The notes: a model not told the origin generated them from the sequence alone. Positions 1 through 8,940 are shown, numbered from the stretch's first letter. The stretch is 51,143 bases of DNA from Nitrospinota bacterium (GCA_016194325.1 JACQBS010000044.1:1-51143); one strand, 5' to 3'. Numbers and translations are program-made.

Positions 1-534
1 CCCGGCAATTTCTTCCCTGTCTATCTCATGGTACCTGTCAAGCATCTTTATGGCGGGATACGCCCATTTATAGTCCATCTCCTTCATAATCGCTGCAGCC
101 TTCTTATCGCCAACAGGTTCTGGTATTGCAAATATCTTTTGCGATATATCCTTTATATTCTGCCATGCGGTCCTGACAGATTTTAATATCTCTATCTCCT
201 CCTTTGCCTCAGGGATATCCATGCCTTCTAAAACAACAAAGGTCATTTCCATCTCCTTTATTATATCCTCTACTTCTTTTGAGGTATCATTAAATGCATC
301 AATATATCTTTTGTCTCCTGTGATGATGTATTCATTGCTCGGCATGAGGGCTTTATCTATGGCAAGCTGAAGGCTCAGAACCGTATGCAGTTCTTCGGAT
401 ATTGCCTTTGCCTTTAATGAGACGTTGCGGATGGTCTTTGTATTATAGATCATTATGGCGCCGACAATAGCAATGAACGGAAAGATAATTGTAAAGAACG
501 CAATAATGAGTTTTGTGCTGATTTTAAATCTCAT
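1..534 (-). CDS. Membrane sensor protein (periplasmic four-helix sensor; histidine kinase or MCP-like), partial, runs off left edge
   Basis: Not in the ORF track. Manual translation from ATG at 534 gives MRFKISTKLIIAFFTIIFPFIAIVGAIMIYNTKTIRNVSLKAKAISEELHTVLSLQLAIDKALMPSNEYIITGDKRY..., i.e. an N-terminal TM helix then a helical sensor domain. GGAG-rich RBS upstream. Confidence 0.7.
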   Translation of the reverse strand, partial: MRFKISTKLIIAFFTIIFPFIAIVGAIMIYNTKTIRNVSLKAKAISEELHTVLSLQLAIDKALMPSNEYIITGDKRYIDAFNDTSKEVEDIIKEMEMTFVVLEGMDIPEAKEEIEILKSVRTAWQNIKDISQKIFAIPEPVGDKKAAAIMKEMDYKWAYPAIKMLDRYHEIDREEIAG

Positions 535-590
535 CTCCCCTTCTCCATCTCCTTCAGCTTATCCTTCAGCTCCTTCATCCTTAATTCCCT
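531..590 (-). repeat. 60-bp orphan copy of the 3' end of the REC gene (1288-1347)
   Basis: 52/60 identical by eye. Encodes RELRMKELKDKLKEMEKGR* versus RELKMKELKDKLKEMEKGK*. Its TGA overlaps the ATG at 534 (ATGA). Confidence 0.9.
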
Positions 591-603
591 ATAGATTTTT
601 GCC

Positions 604-999
604 TTATGTATATAATGCTAAGGGAAAGTGTTTTGCAATTTCTTTAAAATGCTTATCCTGTGTGTAGAGGGAAATATTATTTTCTATTGAAATCTGTGCA
701 ATTAATAAATCTACAGTGCCAATATTTACTCCCTTTTTAGAAAGGGTAAATCCTATTAAACCTGCATTTTTATATGACTCCTCCCCTGTGGGAATATAGT
801 GGATTAATGGAAGAAATCTATCTAAAAAAGCTAATTCCTTATCTCCAGAGGCTCCTCTATACAACTCCATTGAGATTATCCCTGAAACAGCAGTCCTTTC
901 TTCAATTAAAAGTTTCTTTAGTTTGTCTGAAACTTCACTATCCTTTTTTCTAAAAAACTGTATCCAGACAGAGGTATCTATCAATATCTTATCTTTCAT
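604..999 (-). CDS. vapC: VapC PIN-domain toxin
   Basis: ILIDTSVWI, conserved E (SMELY), VDLLIA and YTQDKHF PIN motifs; overlaps the upstream antitoxin. Confidence 0.92.
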   Translation of the reverse strand: MKDKILIDTSVWIQFFRKKDSEVSDKLKKLLIEERTAVSGIISMELYRGASGDKELAFLDRFLPLIHYIPTGEESYKNAGLIGFTLSKKGVNIGTVDLLIAQISIENNISLYTQDKHFKEIAKHFPLALYT

Positions 1000-1183
1000 G
1001 TCTTGATTTCTCCCAGTCCTTTTTAAATCTCAATTTACCCTCCATCTCCAGAGCCTCTTCAATTCTTTTTTTTTTGACAAAATCTTCAAGGGCAATAATT
1101 ACAGCATCTTTTTTGGTCTTACTCTTAGCCAGTTTGATAGCCTCATCTAACAGTCTATTTGGTATATTCAATGTTGTTTTCAT
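989..1183 (-). CDS. vapB: VapB antitoxin (DUF2191-like ribbon-helix-helix)
   Basis: MKTTLNIPNRLLDEAIKL...TKKDAVIIALE pattern; 64 aa; directly upstream of the PIN gene. Confidence 0.88.
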   Translation of the reverse strand: MKTTLNIPNRLLDEAIKLAKSKTKKDAVIIALEDFVKKKRIEEALEMEGKLRFKKDWEKSRHER

Positions 1184-1209
1184 GATATGCCTCCATTTTT
1201 ATATTATGT

Positions 1210-1244
1210 ATGTCTACAATAAATAATTTTAGACATCCCGTCAA
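1210..1244 (-). promoter_or_regulatory. Putative vapBC promoter with inverted-repeat operator
   Basis: Minus strand TTGACG-17 nt-TATTGT, overlapped by inverted repeat ATGTCTA (1210-1216)/TAGACAT (1230-1236). Confidence 0.6.
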
Positions 1245-1255
1245 TGGCTTTTGGT

Positions 1256-1288
1256 ATTCTGCATTTCGCATTCCGCACTCCGCATTCC
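1256..1288. repeat. Heptamer array (ATTCCGC-type, about 4.5 units)
   Basis: attctgc atttcgc attccgc actccgc attcc, immediately after the REC gene stop. Confidence 0.85.
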
Positions 1289-2058
1289 TATTTCCCTTTC
1301 TCCATCTCCTTCAGCTTATCCTTCAATTCCTTCATCTTCAATTCCCTCTGAATGGTAGCCTTCTTGAACCGCTCAAGCTCCTCTACCCGTGTTTTAAGTT
1401 CCTCCTCAACCTTCTTCCGTATTTCAATCTCAGTGGTCAGGATTGCAGTCCTTTCCCTTATCTTTTCCTCAAGATGCTGTTTAAGAGTCAAAAACTCAAG
1501 ATTCAGTCTGTTTAGCTCCTTGTTCTGATAAACAGTGTTTTCGTATGTGGAGAGGAGGAAATTTATAGTCTGCTCCCTCCCCGCCCTTACAAGATGCTCT
1601 TTACCTGCATAGGAAATCTCAATGCCCTTAAGGTCAGGTCTATTTTTAAAGGCAACACGATGTTGAAGGAGGAATTCAATCTTTAAGATAATATAGTCTT
1701 CATTGAAAGGCTTTGTTATATAATTTTCAGCCCCTACCTCAAGACCATTAAGTATATCCTCTGCCTCTGATAATTGAGTAAGGAGTATTACAGGGATATT
1801 CTTTAATTCTTCAATCTTTTTTATTTCACTGCACATCTTATAGCCATCCATAACAGGCATCAATATATCAGATATAATGAGTGAAGGTTTCTCTTTTTTT
1901 GTCATCTCAAGACCCTCAGCCCCGTTCTTTGCTACAGAGACCTTATATTCTCTTTTTACAAGCATCCGTCTGAGTGTCTCTGCCTGCACCTCACTGTCCT
2001 CTACAACCAAGATAAATTGGGAGTTGGGAGTTTTGAGTTCGGAATTTTCTTTAGCCAT
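1288..2058 (-). CDS. Response regulator: receiver domain plus coiled-coil tail, no recognisable output domain
   Basis: ILVVEDS, SDILMPVMDG (phospho-Asp), LLT, YITKPF; C-terminal coil ELERFKKATIQRELKMKELK. Confidence 0.85.
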   Translation of the reverse strand: MAKENSELKTPNSQFILVVEDSEVQAETLRRMLVKREYKVSVAKNGAEGLEMTKKEKPSLIISDILMPVMDGYKMCSEIKKIEELKNIPVILLTQLSEAEDILNGLEVGAENYITKPFNEDYIILKIEFLLQHRVAFKNRPDLKGIEISYAGKEHLVRAGREQTINFLLSTYENTVYQNKELNRLNLEFLTLKQHLEEKIRERTAILTTEIEIRKKVEEELKTRVEELERFKKATIQRELKMKELKDKLKEMEKGK

Positions 2059-3163
2059 GACTGCCTCCTTCTAAAGATTTTATTATCTCGTTTAATATTC
2101 TTGCTATATCTTCAGGTGAAAGGACATACTTTGCCGCGCCAATCTCTATTGCCGCCTTTGGCATCCCGAAGACTATACTGCTGTTTTCATCCTGAGCTAT
2201 TGTGATTCCTCCCGCTCTTGATACTGACAGCATCCCTTCAGCACCATCACGTCCCATACCTGTCAGGAGTATAGCCATTACCTCATTTTTGTAATAATCT
2301 GCAATAGACCTCATTGTAACAGTTATTGATGGCCTGTGGCCATCGTAGAGAGGCTCTGATGTAGAAAAGAACCTCCCCTCTGCATCAACTTTTAAATGGG
2401 TCTCTGGCTGAGGAAAATAGACCGTCCCGGACTCAGGGGATTCCCCTGCCTCTGCAAACTTAACTTTTATCCTGCACAATGAGGCAAGCCATTCAATAAA
2501 ACCATTTGCAAACTCATTTCCAATATGCTGGACACATATAATAGGCATAGGAAAGTTTGCAGGGATCTGCGAGAGAATGGTCTGTAATGCCTGCGGTCCT
2601 CCTGTTGAGGCGCCGATGGCAATAACCTTAACAGTATTGAGTTGGGAGTATTGAGTTTTAAGTAAGGGGACTGGAATCCCTTCACTCCCGACTCCCGACT
2701 CCCGACCCACGACTTCTTTATGCCTGCGAATAGGCACAACTCCTGCAACCATCCTCACCTTTGAGATAAGCTCAAGTCCCTTCTTGTCATACTCTGACTC
2801 AATGCCGCTCCTCGGCTTTGCAAATACATCAACCGCACCTGCCTGCAGGAGCTTGAAGATATTAGCTGAACCCTCCTGAACAGATACACTGACAACAAGG
2901 ATTGGTTTTGGAAATCTGCGCATAACCTCTTTTGTAAACTCATACCCATCCATGACAGGCATGTGGAGGTCAACGCAGAGGACATCAGGATTTAGTTCCT
3001 CAACAAGTTCAAGCCCCTCCTTTCCATTCTTTGCAGTCCCAACAACCTGAATATCAGGTGCATTAGAGAGTATCCTCCCAAGTATCGTGAGGGCGATAGT
3101 GGAATCGTCCACCAATAAAACCTTTATTAATGCGGAATTCGGAGTGCGGAACGCGGAATTCAT
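2051..3163 (-). CDS. cheB: Chemotaxis response regulator / protein-glutamate methylesterase CheB
   Basis: REC domain followed by IGASTGGP, VQH, RPS and LTGMGRDGA esterase motifs. Confidence 0.96.
   Translation of the reverse strand: MNSAFRTPNSALIKVLLVDDSTIALTILGRILSNAPDIQVVGTAKNGKEGLELVEELNPDVLCVDLHMPVMDGYEFTKEVMRRFPKPILVVSVSVQEGSANIFKLLQAGAVDVFAKPRSGIESEYDKKGLELISKVRMVAGVVPIRRHKEVVGRESGVGSEGIPVPLLKTQYSQLNTVKVIAIGASTGGPQALQTILSQIPANFPMPIICVQHIGNEFANGFIEWLASLCRIKVKFAEAGESPESGTVYFPQPETHLKVDAEGRFFSTSEPLYDGHRPSITVTMRSIADYYKNEVMAILLTGMGRDGAEGMLSVSRAGGITIAQDENSSIVFGMPKAAIEIGAAKYVLSPEDIARILNEIIKSLEGGSHG
3129..3160. repeat. Heptamer arm (GCGGAAT-type), inverted partner of 3538-3569; encodes the CheB N-terminus
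   Basis: aatgcggaattcggagtgcggaacgcggaatt; 27/32 match to the reverse complement of 3538-3569. Confidence 0.9.
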
Positions 3164-3513
3164 TTTTTATTGCTCCTTGCTGTTTTAATCGAGGAAACGG
3201 TAATCGCCAAAAGTTCGTTGGCTTCCTTAATTAGAGGTTCAACCTGATCCGACTTAAGAGAACCACTTTCAACCAATAACTCCATCCAATAGATTGCCTC
3301 ATCCGCCTCTTTTTCAACAATCCCCATTTTAGAAATAAAATCAGCAGGCGATTTTGCTCGGCTCGCAGACCTATAATTAGCTCCAACAGATGTTCCTGAC
3401 CTGATTAATTGTTTGCCGATAATATCTGTAGTCCGCCCTTTAGATAATTGCTCAACTAATTTAATTACTTCCAAGGCAAACTTCTTTGTTCTATTTTTAA
3501 GATGTTCACTCAT
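3160..3513 (-). CDS. Four-helix-bundle protein (23S rRNA IVP / TIGR02436 family)
   Basis: LKNRTKKFALEVIKL...QLIRSGTSVGANYRSASRAKS..DFISKMGIVEKEADEAIYWMELL signature; 117 aa. Confidence 0.92.
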   Translation of the reverse strand: MSEHLKNRTKKFALEVIKLVEQLSKGRTTDIIGKQLIRSGTSVGANYRSASRAKSPADFISKMGIVEKEADEAIYWMELLVESGSLKSDQVEPLIKEANELLAITVSSIKTARSNKK

Positions 3514-3537
3514 TTTTTAGTTCTTCTTCGTTATTTT

Positions 3538-3569
3538 AATTCCGCATTCCGAGTTCCGCATTCCGCATT
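3538..3569. repeat. Heptamer arm (ATTCCGC-type) between the cheA stop and the four-helix-bundle gene
   Basis: aattccgcattccgagttccgcattccgcatt. Confidence 0.9.
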
Positions 3570-5755
3570 TAGATGAGTCTTTCCACTATCTCCAGAAATG
3601 CCTTCTGGTCAAATGCAGGCTTATCTATGTATGCATTTGCTCCAACATCCATTCCCTTCTTTCTGTCTTCATCAGAGGATAGGGTTGTAACAAGGATAAC
3701 AGGAAGCTCTTTATATTTTGTGTCCTTACGAATCTTCTCAGTGAGGGTTAAACCGTCCATATTCGGCATAATTATATCAGAGACAAGTGCATCAAACGAC
3801 TGTGAACTTAGCTTATTCAAGGCATCCATACCATCAACTGCTATAACAACCTTATACCCTGCACCCTCAAGGATTCGCCTTTCCTGCGTCCTTGTTACTA
3901 TGCTGTCCTCAACAAGGAGTATAGTCTTCTTTTTAATTTCCTTCTCAGCCGGTATCTCAGGCGGAGTAGGAGCCTCCTGTCTTCTTAATGCCTTAAGCAT
4001 ATCATTCGGGTTTAAGACCATGCACACCTCGCCTGTAGCAAGGAGTGTAGCCCCTGAGACATTACGAACGGATTTAAGTATAGCACTCTGCGGCTTCAGA
4101 ATAACCTCCTGCTCATCAATAAGGTCATCCACAATAAGCCCCATCCTTTCATTGTTGACAGAGAGGATGATGCATGGAAATGCGGAGTGCGGAGTGCGGA
4201 GTGTAGAATGAGAAGCAGGATTGTTTAGTTTTAATTCCTCATTCCGCATTCCGAATTCCGCATTCCGCACTTCAAGTAATTCTTTCAGTCGTGCCACAGA
4301 AATCGGCTGGCTGTCAATCTTTACTGTCTGTCTGCCTGCAACTGTGAATATATCATCACGGGTAATCATACGGCTCATTTCCACATATTCTACAGGGATA
4401 GCGTATCTTCTGCCGCCAAAGGCTGCTATAAGAACCCGCATTGTTGATACTGTAACAGGCAGTTTAATCCTGAATCTGCAACCTGCATTTGGAAAGGACT
4501 CCAGAGTAATATTTCCCTTTAGCCTCTCCACATTTGTCCGAACCACATCAAGACCTACTCCCCTTCCTGAAACATCTGAGACAAAGGAACTTGTTGAAAT
4601 ACCTGATTGAAATATGAGGGATTCAATCTGAGCCTTTGTCATTCCCGAAAGCTCTGCCTCACTGTATATATTCCTTTTTACTGCAGCCTGTTTGACAGCC
4701 TCTATATCCAGACCCTTTCCGTCGTCAGAGACCTCTATTACAACATTTGATGCTGTCTGCATCCCTTTAAGTTTAATAGTCCCTGTGCGTGGTTTGCCAA
4801 GCCTCTCCCTATCTTCAGGCTTTTCTATACCGTGGTCTATGGAATTTCTGATTATATGCATCAGAGGGTCTTTCATCTCTTCTACAATTCGCTTGTCTGC
4901 AACTACATCTTCTCCCTCAATAATAAGATTTACATCTTTTGACTGCTGTCTCGTCATATCCCGCACCATCTTTGGATAGAGATTAAAGATGGTGGTAAGG
5001 GGAATCATCCGTATCTTTCTGATTCCTTCATCAATCCTGTCCGAAATAAAATCAAGTCTTGAGCTGTCCCCTCCAATTTTGGATTTTAGATTTTGGAGTT
5101 TGGATTTAAGTTCCGCACTCCGCACTCCGAATTCCGCACTTCTTTTTTCAAGTTCTTCCGCAATTTCAATAATCTCATCTATCTCAGGGATACGGCTGGA
5201 TATATGCGCCTTTGTTACTGTAAGCTCACCTGTCTGGGTCATCAGTGCATCAAGCATCTTTGTATCCACACGAATTGTCTCAATCCTGAACTCCTCTATT
5301 GTTGATTTTGGAATTTGGAATTCATCAATTTTGGATTTTAGATTTTGGAATTTGGATTTTTCTATTTCTGGTTTTAAATCCAAAATCCCCAATCCAAAAT
5401 CTAAAATTTTTGTAACATCTACCCCTGCCGCTTCTCCTGTAACCGCCTCATGTATAAGATTTCGTATTGTATCCAGAGCCTTTAACATAGAATCAACTAC
5501 TTCAGGACTAAGTGCCATCTCGCCTTTTTTGACAGCTCCGAGTATATCCTCAAGCTTATGGCTAATAATCTCAACATCAACAACCCCTACCATCCTTGCT
5601 GCACCTTTTAAGCTGTGAGCTTCACGGAATACCTCCTCAAGGGTTGCATTGTCTTTCGGCTCTTTCTCAAGGCAGAGAAGTCCGTCACTGAGCCTTTGCA
5701 AATGCTCACCTGCCTCTATCTTGAATAAGTCACGGAGTTCTTTGTCTTCAATCAT
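3569..5755 (-). CDS. cheA: Hybrid CheA histidine kinase with C-terminal receiver (WspE-like)
   Basis: Hpt FREAHSLKGAA, HATPase HIIRNSIDHGIE/DDGKG/SGRGVGLDVV, CheW domain, REC domain; three repeat-derived in-frame insertions. Confidence 0.96.
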   Translation of the reverse strand: MIEDKELRDLFKIEAGEHLQRLSDGLLCLEKEPKDNATLEEVFREAHSLKGAARMVGVVDVEIISHKLEDILGAVKKGEMALSPEVVDSMLKALDTIRNLIHEAVTGEAAGVDVTKILDFGLGILDLKPEIEKSKFQNLKSKIDEFQIPKSTIEEFRIETIRVDTKMLDALMTQTGELTVTKAHISSRIPEIDEIIEIAEELEKRSAEFGVRSAELKSKLQNLKSKIGGDSSRLDFISDRIDEGIRKIRMIPLTTIFNLYPKMVRDMTRQQSKDVNLIIEGEDVVADKRIVEEMKDPLMHIIRNSIDHGIEKPEDRERLGKPRTGTIKLKGMQTASNVVIEVSDDGKGLDIEAVKQAAVKRNIYSEAELSGMTKAQIESLIFQSGISTSSFVSDVSGRGVGLDVVRTNVERLKGNITLESFPNAGCRFRIKLPVTVSTMRVLIAAFGGRRYAIPVEYVEMSRMITRDDIFTVAGRQTVKIDSQPISVARLKELLEVRNAEFGMRNEELKLNNPASHSTLRTPHSAFPCIILSVNNERMGLIVDDLIDEQEVILKPQSAILKSVRNVSGATLLATGEVCMVLNPNDMLKALRRQEAPTPPEIPAEKEIKKKTILLVEDSIVTRTQERRILEGAGYKVVIAVDGMDALNKLSSQSFDALVSDIIMPNMDGLTLTEKIRKDTKYKELPVILVTTLSSDEDRKKGMDVGANAYIDKPAFDQKAFLEIVERLI
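4179..4272. repeat. In-frame inverted heptamer arrays within cheA (CheW domain loop)
   Basis: (tgcggag)n ... (attccgc)n; peptide VRNAEFGMRNEEL...HSTLRTPHSAF. Confidence 0.9.
5075..5141. repeat. In-frame heptamer arrays within cheA (mixed ATTTTGG and ACTCCGC arms)
   Basis: Peptide SAEFGVRSAELKSKLQNLKSKI. Confidence 0.85.
5303..5408. repeat. In-frame inverted heptamer arrays within cheA (linker after Hpt)
   Basis: (attttgg)n ... (ccaaaat)n; peptide ILDFGLGILDLKPEIEKSKFQNLKSKIDEFQIPKS. Confidence 0.9.
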
Positions 5756-5763
5756 AAGAAATA

Positions 5764-5796
5764 CCAGTAACGAGTGACGAGTTACAAGTAACGAGT
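5764..5796. repeat. Heptamer arm (GTAACGA-type); direct repeat of 6181-6213
   Basis: ccagtaacgagtgacgagttacaagtaacgagt; 31/33 identical to 6181-6213. Confidence 0.92.
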
Positions 5797-5818
5797 TTAA
5801 AACCTTTGCAAATCACTG

Positions 5819-6172
5819 TCATTTTCTCACCGATTTTTGGAGGCCGATAATCATTTTAGATATCTCATCTAATTCTTTCAGCAATACATCTTCCGTTTGA
5901 GAATCAAGAAATTGCAGATTCTTACTGATGATAATCTGTGTTTCTAATTCTGCAACACTCCCTTGAGAAATATGTAGAAAATTTATAAATTCTTTTGAAC
6001 TGTTTCGTGCTGACCCCTCTGCAATATTGCTTGGAATTGATATAGATGCTCTACGCATTTGAGAAGTTAAGCCAAACTTTTCTTCTGGAGGAAATGAAGA
6101 AGTAATTTTATATATTTGTTCTACAAATTTTATCGCTCTTTTCCAAACATCTAATTTATGATGTGGTTTCAT
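5819..6172 (-). CDS. Four-helix-bundle protein (23S rRNA IVP / TIGR02436 family)
   Basis: HHKLDVWK...FPPEEKFGLTSQMRRASISIPSNIAEG..R...EFINFLHISQGSVAELETQ signature. Confidence 0.95.
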   Translation of the reverse strand: MKPHHKLDVWKRAIKFVEQIYKITSSFPPEEKFGLTSQMRRASISIPSNIAEGSARNSSKEFINFLHISQGSVAELETQIIISKNLQFLDSQTEDVLLKELDEISKMIIGLQKSVRK

Positions 6173-6180
6173 ATATAACC

Positions 6181-6257
6181 CCAGTAACGAGTGACGAGCT
6201 GCAAGTAACGAGTATTAATACTTGTCACTCGTTACTCATCACTTGTTACTCGTCACT
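6181..6257. repeat. Inverted heptamer hairpin (GTAACGA/TCGTTAC)
   Basis: Arm 6181-6213, short AT spacer, complementary arm 6220-6257. Confidence 0.92.
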
Positions 6258-6261
6258 TTCT

Positions 6262-7758
6262 TTAAACCATTCTTTTAAGCTCCTGTGCTGCATCATTCAG
6301 CCTCTGTATTCCTATCTTTGTCTGGCTTATGCCTGCCGCAGTCTCCTTTGCACCTGCATTGATACTCCCCATCGCATCTGTAACCTGCTTTATTGCCGCA
6401 ACCTGCTGTTTCATGTTGAGGGATACCTGCTGGGCATTCTCATATACACTATTTGCTATTCCTGATAATGAACCGAAAGACTCCCCTGCCCTGTGGGCAA
6501 TCTCTGATACATCCTCCACAGTCTTTGTCCCCGCCTCTGTCACCATTACAGCAGAGTTAGTAGCCTTCTGAATATCGGCTACAATTGTGTTCACCTTCTC
6601 TGCTGACTTCTTTCCCTGGTCTGCAAGCTTCCTCACTTCCTGTGCAATTACAGAAAAACCCTTCCCGCTCTCCCCTGCCCTCACAGCCTCAACCGCAGCA
6701 TTTAGTGCAAGCATGTTGATTTGCCCTGCAATGTCTGTCACCATATTTGCTATGCCTCCAATCTGACCTGTCTGCTCGCTTAATTTAAGTATCTGCTCCC
6801 CTATCGCACCAACCTTCTGCTTGAGGTTAGACATGCCGGCAGATGCCTGATTCGCCATCTTTATCCCCTCCTCCGTGGTTGATAGTGCCTGCTTTGATAT
6901 TACTGTTACTGCATCTGCCTGCTCTGCAGATCTCCTTGTTGATGCACTAAGCTCATCCATAGTTGTTGTTGTCTCATTTGCAGAGACTGCCTGTGCCGAT
7001 GCAGTTCTTTCATGTTGTTCAACTGTTGAGGCTATTTCAGTTGAGATTGAAGACATGGAGGACACTGATTCTGTAACCCTGCCTGTAATGCTGCTGATGA
7101 TCCAGTAGCCTATTCCCAAGGCAAGCAGTATGCCGCCGACGATACTGGCGATGGTGATATTCCTGATGCGGGCATAGCTGGTATCTGCCTTATCCTTCTC
7201 GTTTTTAGCTGTATCCACCTGGAGCTGCATCAGCGCCTCGAGGTCATGTTCCGACTCCTTGAGAAGCGGAAGAGTCTTACTCGTAATATATATGCTCGCT
7301 TCGTCAAACTTCCGCTGCTTCAGCAGCGCTACTGCCGGACCCCGGCCTTCGCTCCTGAATTTTTCCCGTTGCGTGACATAGTTTTCGGCAAGTTTCTTCT
7401 CCTCTGCGGTCAGGTACGTCGCCATATACTGTTCCCATAGCTTGTCAATCTTTTTCACATTTTCCTCCACTGCATCGGTGTGCTTGGTTACGGGGTGATC
7501 CGCCTCGTGCAGCTTGCTTTCAGGAATTTTGGGGTCATGCAACCTGGCCAGCAGCAATTCATGGAAGTTTTCCCTCCGCAGGTTGTCTATCTTTGCCAGC
7601 AGCACGGACGGCACAAGCTCGTCGTTATAGACGGTCTCAAGGCTGGCAGCGGTCTCCCTCTCCCCTCTCATACCCAATACTCCTACAACGATCAGGAGTA
7701 TCAACAAGAACCCCACCAGAGAGTACAACATCACTCCTATCTTCATATTTTTAACCAT
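6262..7758 (-). CDS. Methyl-accepting chemotaxis protein (4HB/TarH-like sensor, no obvious HAMP)
   Basis: Two TM helices; signalling hairpin IAGQINMLALNAAVEAVRAGESGKGFSVIAQEVRKLA. Confidence 0.95.
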   Translation of the reverse strand: MVKNMKIGVMLYSLVGFLLILLIVVGVLGMRGERETAASLETVYNDELVPSVLLAKIDNLRRENFHELLLARLHDPKIPESKLHEADHPVTKHTDAVEENVKKIDKLWEQYMATYLTAEEKKLAENYVTQREKFRSEGRGPAVALLKQRKFDEASIYITSKTLPLLKESEHDLEALMQLQVDTAKNEKDKADTSYARIRNITIASIVGGILLALGIGYWIISSITGRVTESVSSMSSISTEIASTVEQHERTASAQAVSANETTTTMDELSASTRRSAEQADAVTVISKQALSTTEEGIKMANQASAGMSNLKQKVGAIGEQILKLSEQTGQIGGIANMVTDIAGQINMLALNAAVEAVRAGESGKGFSVIAQEVRKLADQGKKSAEKVNTIVADIQKATNSAVMVTEAGTKTVEDVSEIAHRAGESFGSLSGIANSVYENAQQVSLNMKQQVAAIKQVTDAMGSINAGAKETAAGISQTKIGIQRLNDAAQELKRMV

Positions 7759-7788
7759 GATGAACCTCCTTTCTTAATCTTGGAATTA

Positions 7789-8928
7789 TTATGCTTTTTC
7801 ATCTACAACCAATTCTTTATTTGTGAGTATCTTTTTTAAGTCAAGGACACTCAGCATCTTTTCATTATACGGAAACTCTCCTTTTATATATTCATGGCTT
7901 ATATCGCTGACTGCCGCGGGGACAGGTCTGAACTCTAATGGGCTTATATTTAGCACCTCAAGGACATCGTCCACTGTTACACCCACAAGGAGGTCATTTA
8001 TATGAGCAACAATCACCTTTTTTAAATGCGGAATGTGGATTGCGGATTGCGAAATCAAAGCTTTTAATTCCGAGTTCCTCATTCCGAGCTCCGCACTTGA
8101 AAGGTTCAACATCCCTCTTATATCCACGATGGTTAAAATATCCCCGCGGAGGTTCATATCTCCAACTATATGCGGAGGTGTGCAAGGGACAGGGGTAATA
8201 TCCCTCATCTCTGAAAACTCCTTTACCGTATCAAGGCTCACACCATAGTATTCTCCATTTAAACTGACAACTGATAGAGGTATCTGATTGGCAGGGGCAA
8301 GACTCTCAGAAGGCTGCATCAGACTTATTGCCCTCTGGTGGAAAATTGCCATATCTTCAGGAGAAAACCCTTCAAATGCAGAATGCGGAGTACTGAGTGC
8401 TAAATGTTCAATCGGTAAGGTTTCTAATTCCGCATTCCGCAATCCGAATTCCGCACTTATAATCATTTTGTGGTTAAGGAGCATAATAATCTCCTCACCA
8501 ACCTTTACCTCGCCTGATACAAAATGGGGATGGATATCCTTTTTGCCATAAGATGGTGCCGGCTCAATATCTGATTCAGGTATGCCGACCACATCATGGA
8601 CATCATTTACAATAATCCCGTATTCAATTTCTGATTTTGGATTTTGGATTTCGGATTTAATCTCAGCACTCAACACTCTGGATTCCGCACTAAGAATAAT
8701 AACCTTGTCCGAGAGATGATAACGTTCAGGCGAATGGCCAAAACGCACTCTCAGGTCAACCACAGAGACAATCTTCTCCCTGAGATTTAAAACACCTGAT
8801 ATATATGGAGGAACTTCTTCTACAGGGGTAAGAGCAGGGAGCCATATAATCTCTTTGACAGATAGAGAATCAACAGCAAATAGAAGATTACTGAGGGTAA
8901 ATGTAAGAATGTGTCTGCTTGAAGACAT
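7789..8928 (-). CDS. cheW: Tandem CheW-CheW coupling protein
   Basis: Two CheW cores (VPPYISGVLNLREKIVSVVDL; TPPHIVGDMNLRGDILTIVDI); three repeat-derived insertions. Confidence 0.93.
   Translation of the reverse strand: MSSSRHILTFTLSNLLFAVDSLSVKEIIWLPALTPVEEVPPYISGVLNLREKIVSVVDLRVRFGHSPERYHLSDKVIILSAESRVLSAEIKSEIQNPKSEIEYGIIVNDVHDVVGIPESDIEPAPSYGKKDIHPHFVSGEVKVGEEIIMLLNHKMIISAEFGLRNAELETLPIEHLALSTPHSAFEGFSPEDMAIFHQRAISLMQPSESLAPANQIPLSVVSLNGEYYGVSLDTVKEFSEMRDITPVPCTPPHIVGDMNLRGDILTIVDIRGMLNLSSAELGMRNSELKALISQSAIHIPHLKKVIVAHINDLLVGVTVDDVLEVLNISPLEFRPVPAAVSDISHEYIKGEFPYNEKMLSVLDLKKILTNKELVVDEKA
8025..8691. repeat. Three in-frame heptamer elements within cheW (8025-8098, 8375-8458, 8626-8691)
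   Basis: Peptides SAELGMRNSEL...SQSAIHIPH, SAEFGLRNAEL...HLALSTPHSAF and SAESRVLSAEIKSEIQNPKSEI. Confidence 0.88.
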
Positions 8929-8940
8929 ATTTCCACTCCC

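Noticed and set aside
3573-5618. Long plus-strand ORFs opposite cheA, and similar antisense ORFs throughout the track
   Set aside because: They are shadow frames of well-supported genes, Ser/Ile-rich, with no motifs or RBS.
3160-6172. Diversity-generating retroelement suggested by Avd-like proteins
   Set aside because: No reverse transcriptase and no template/variable repeat pair with adenine-specific differences is visible.
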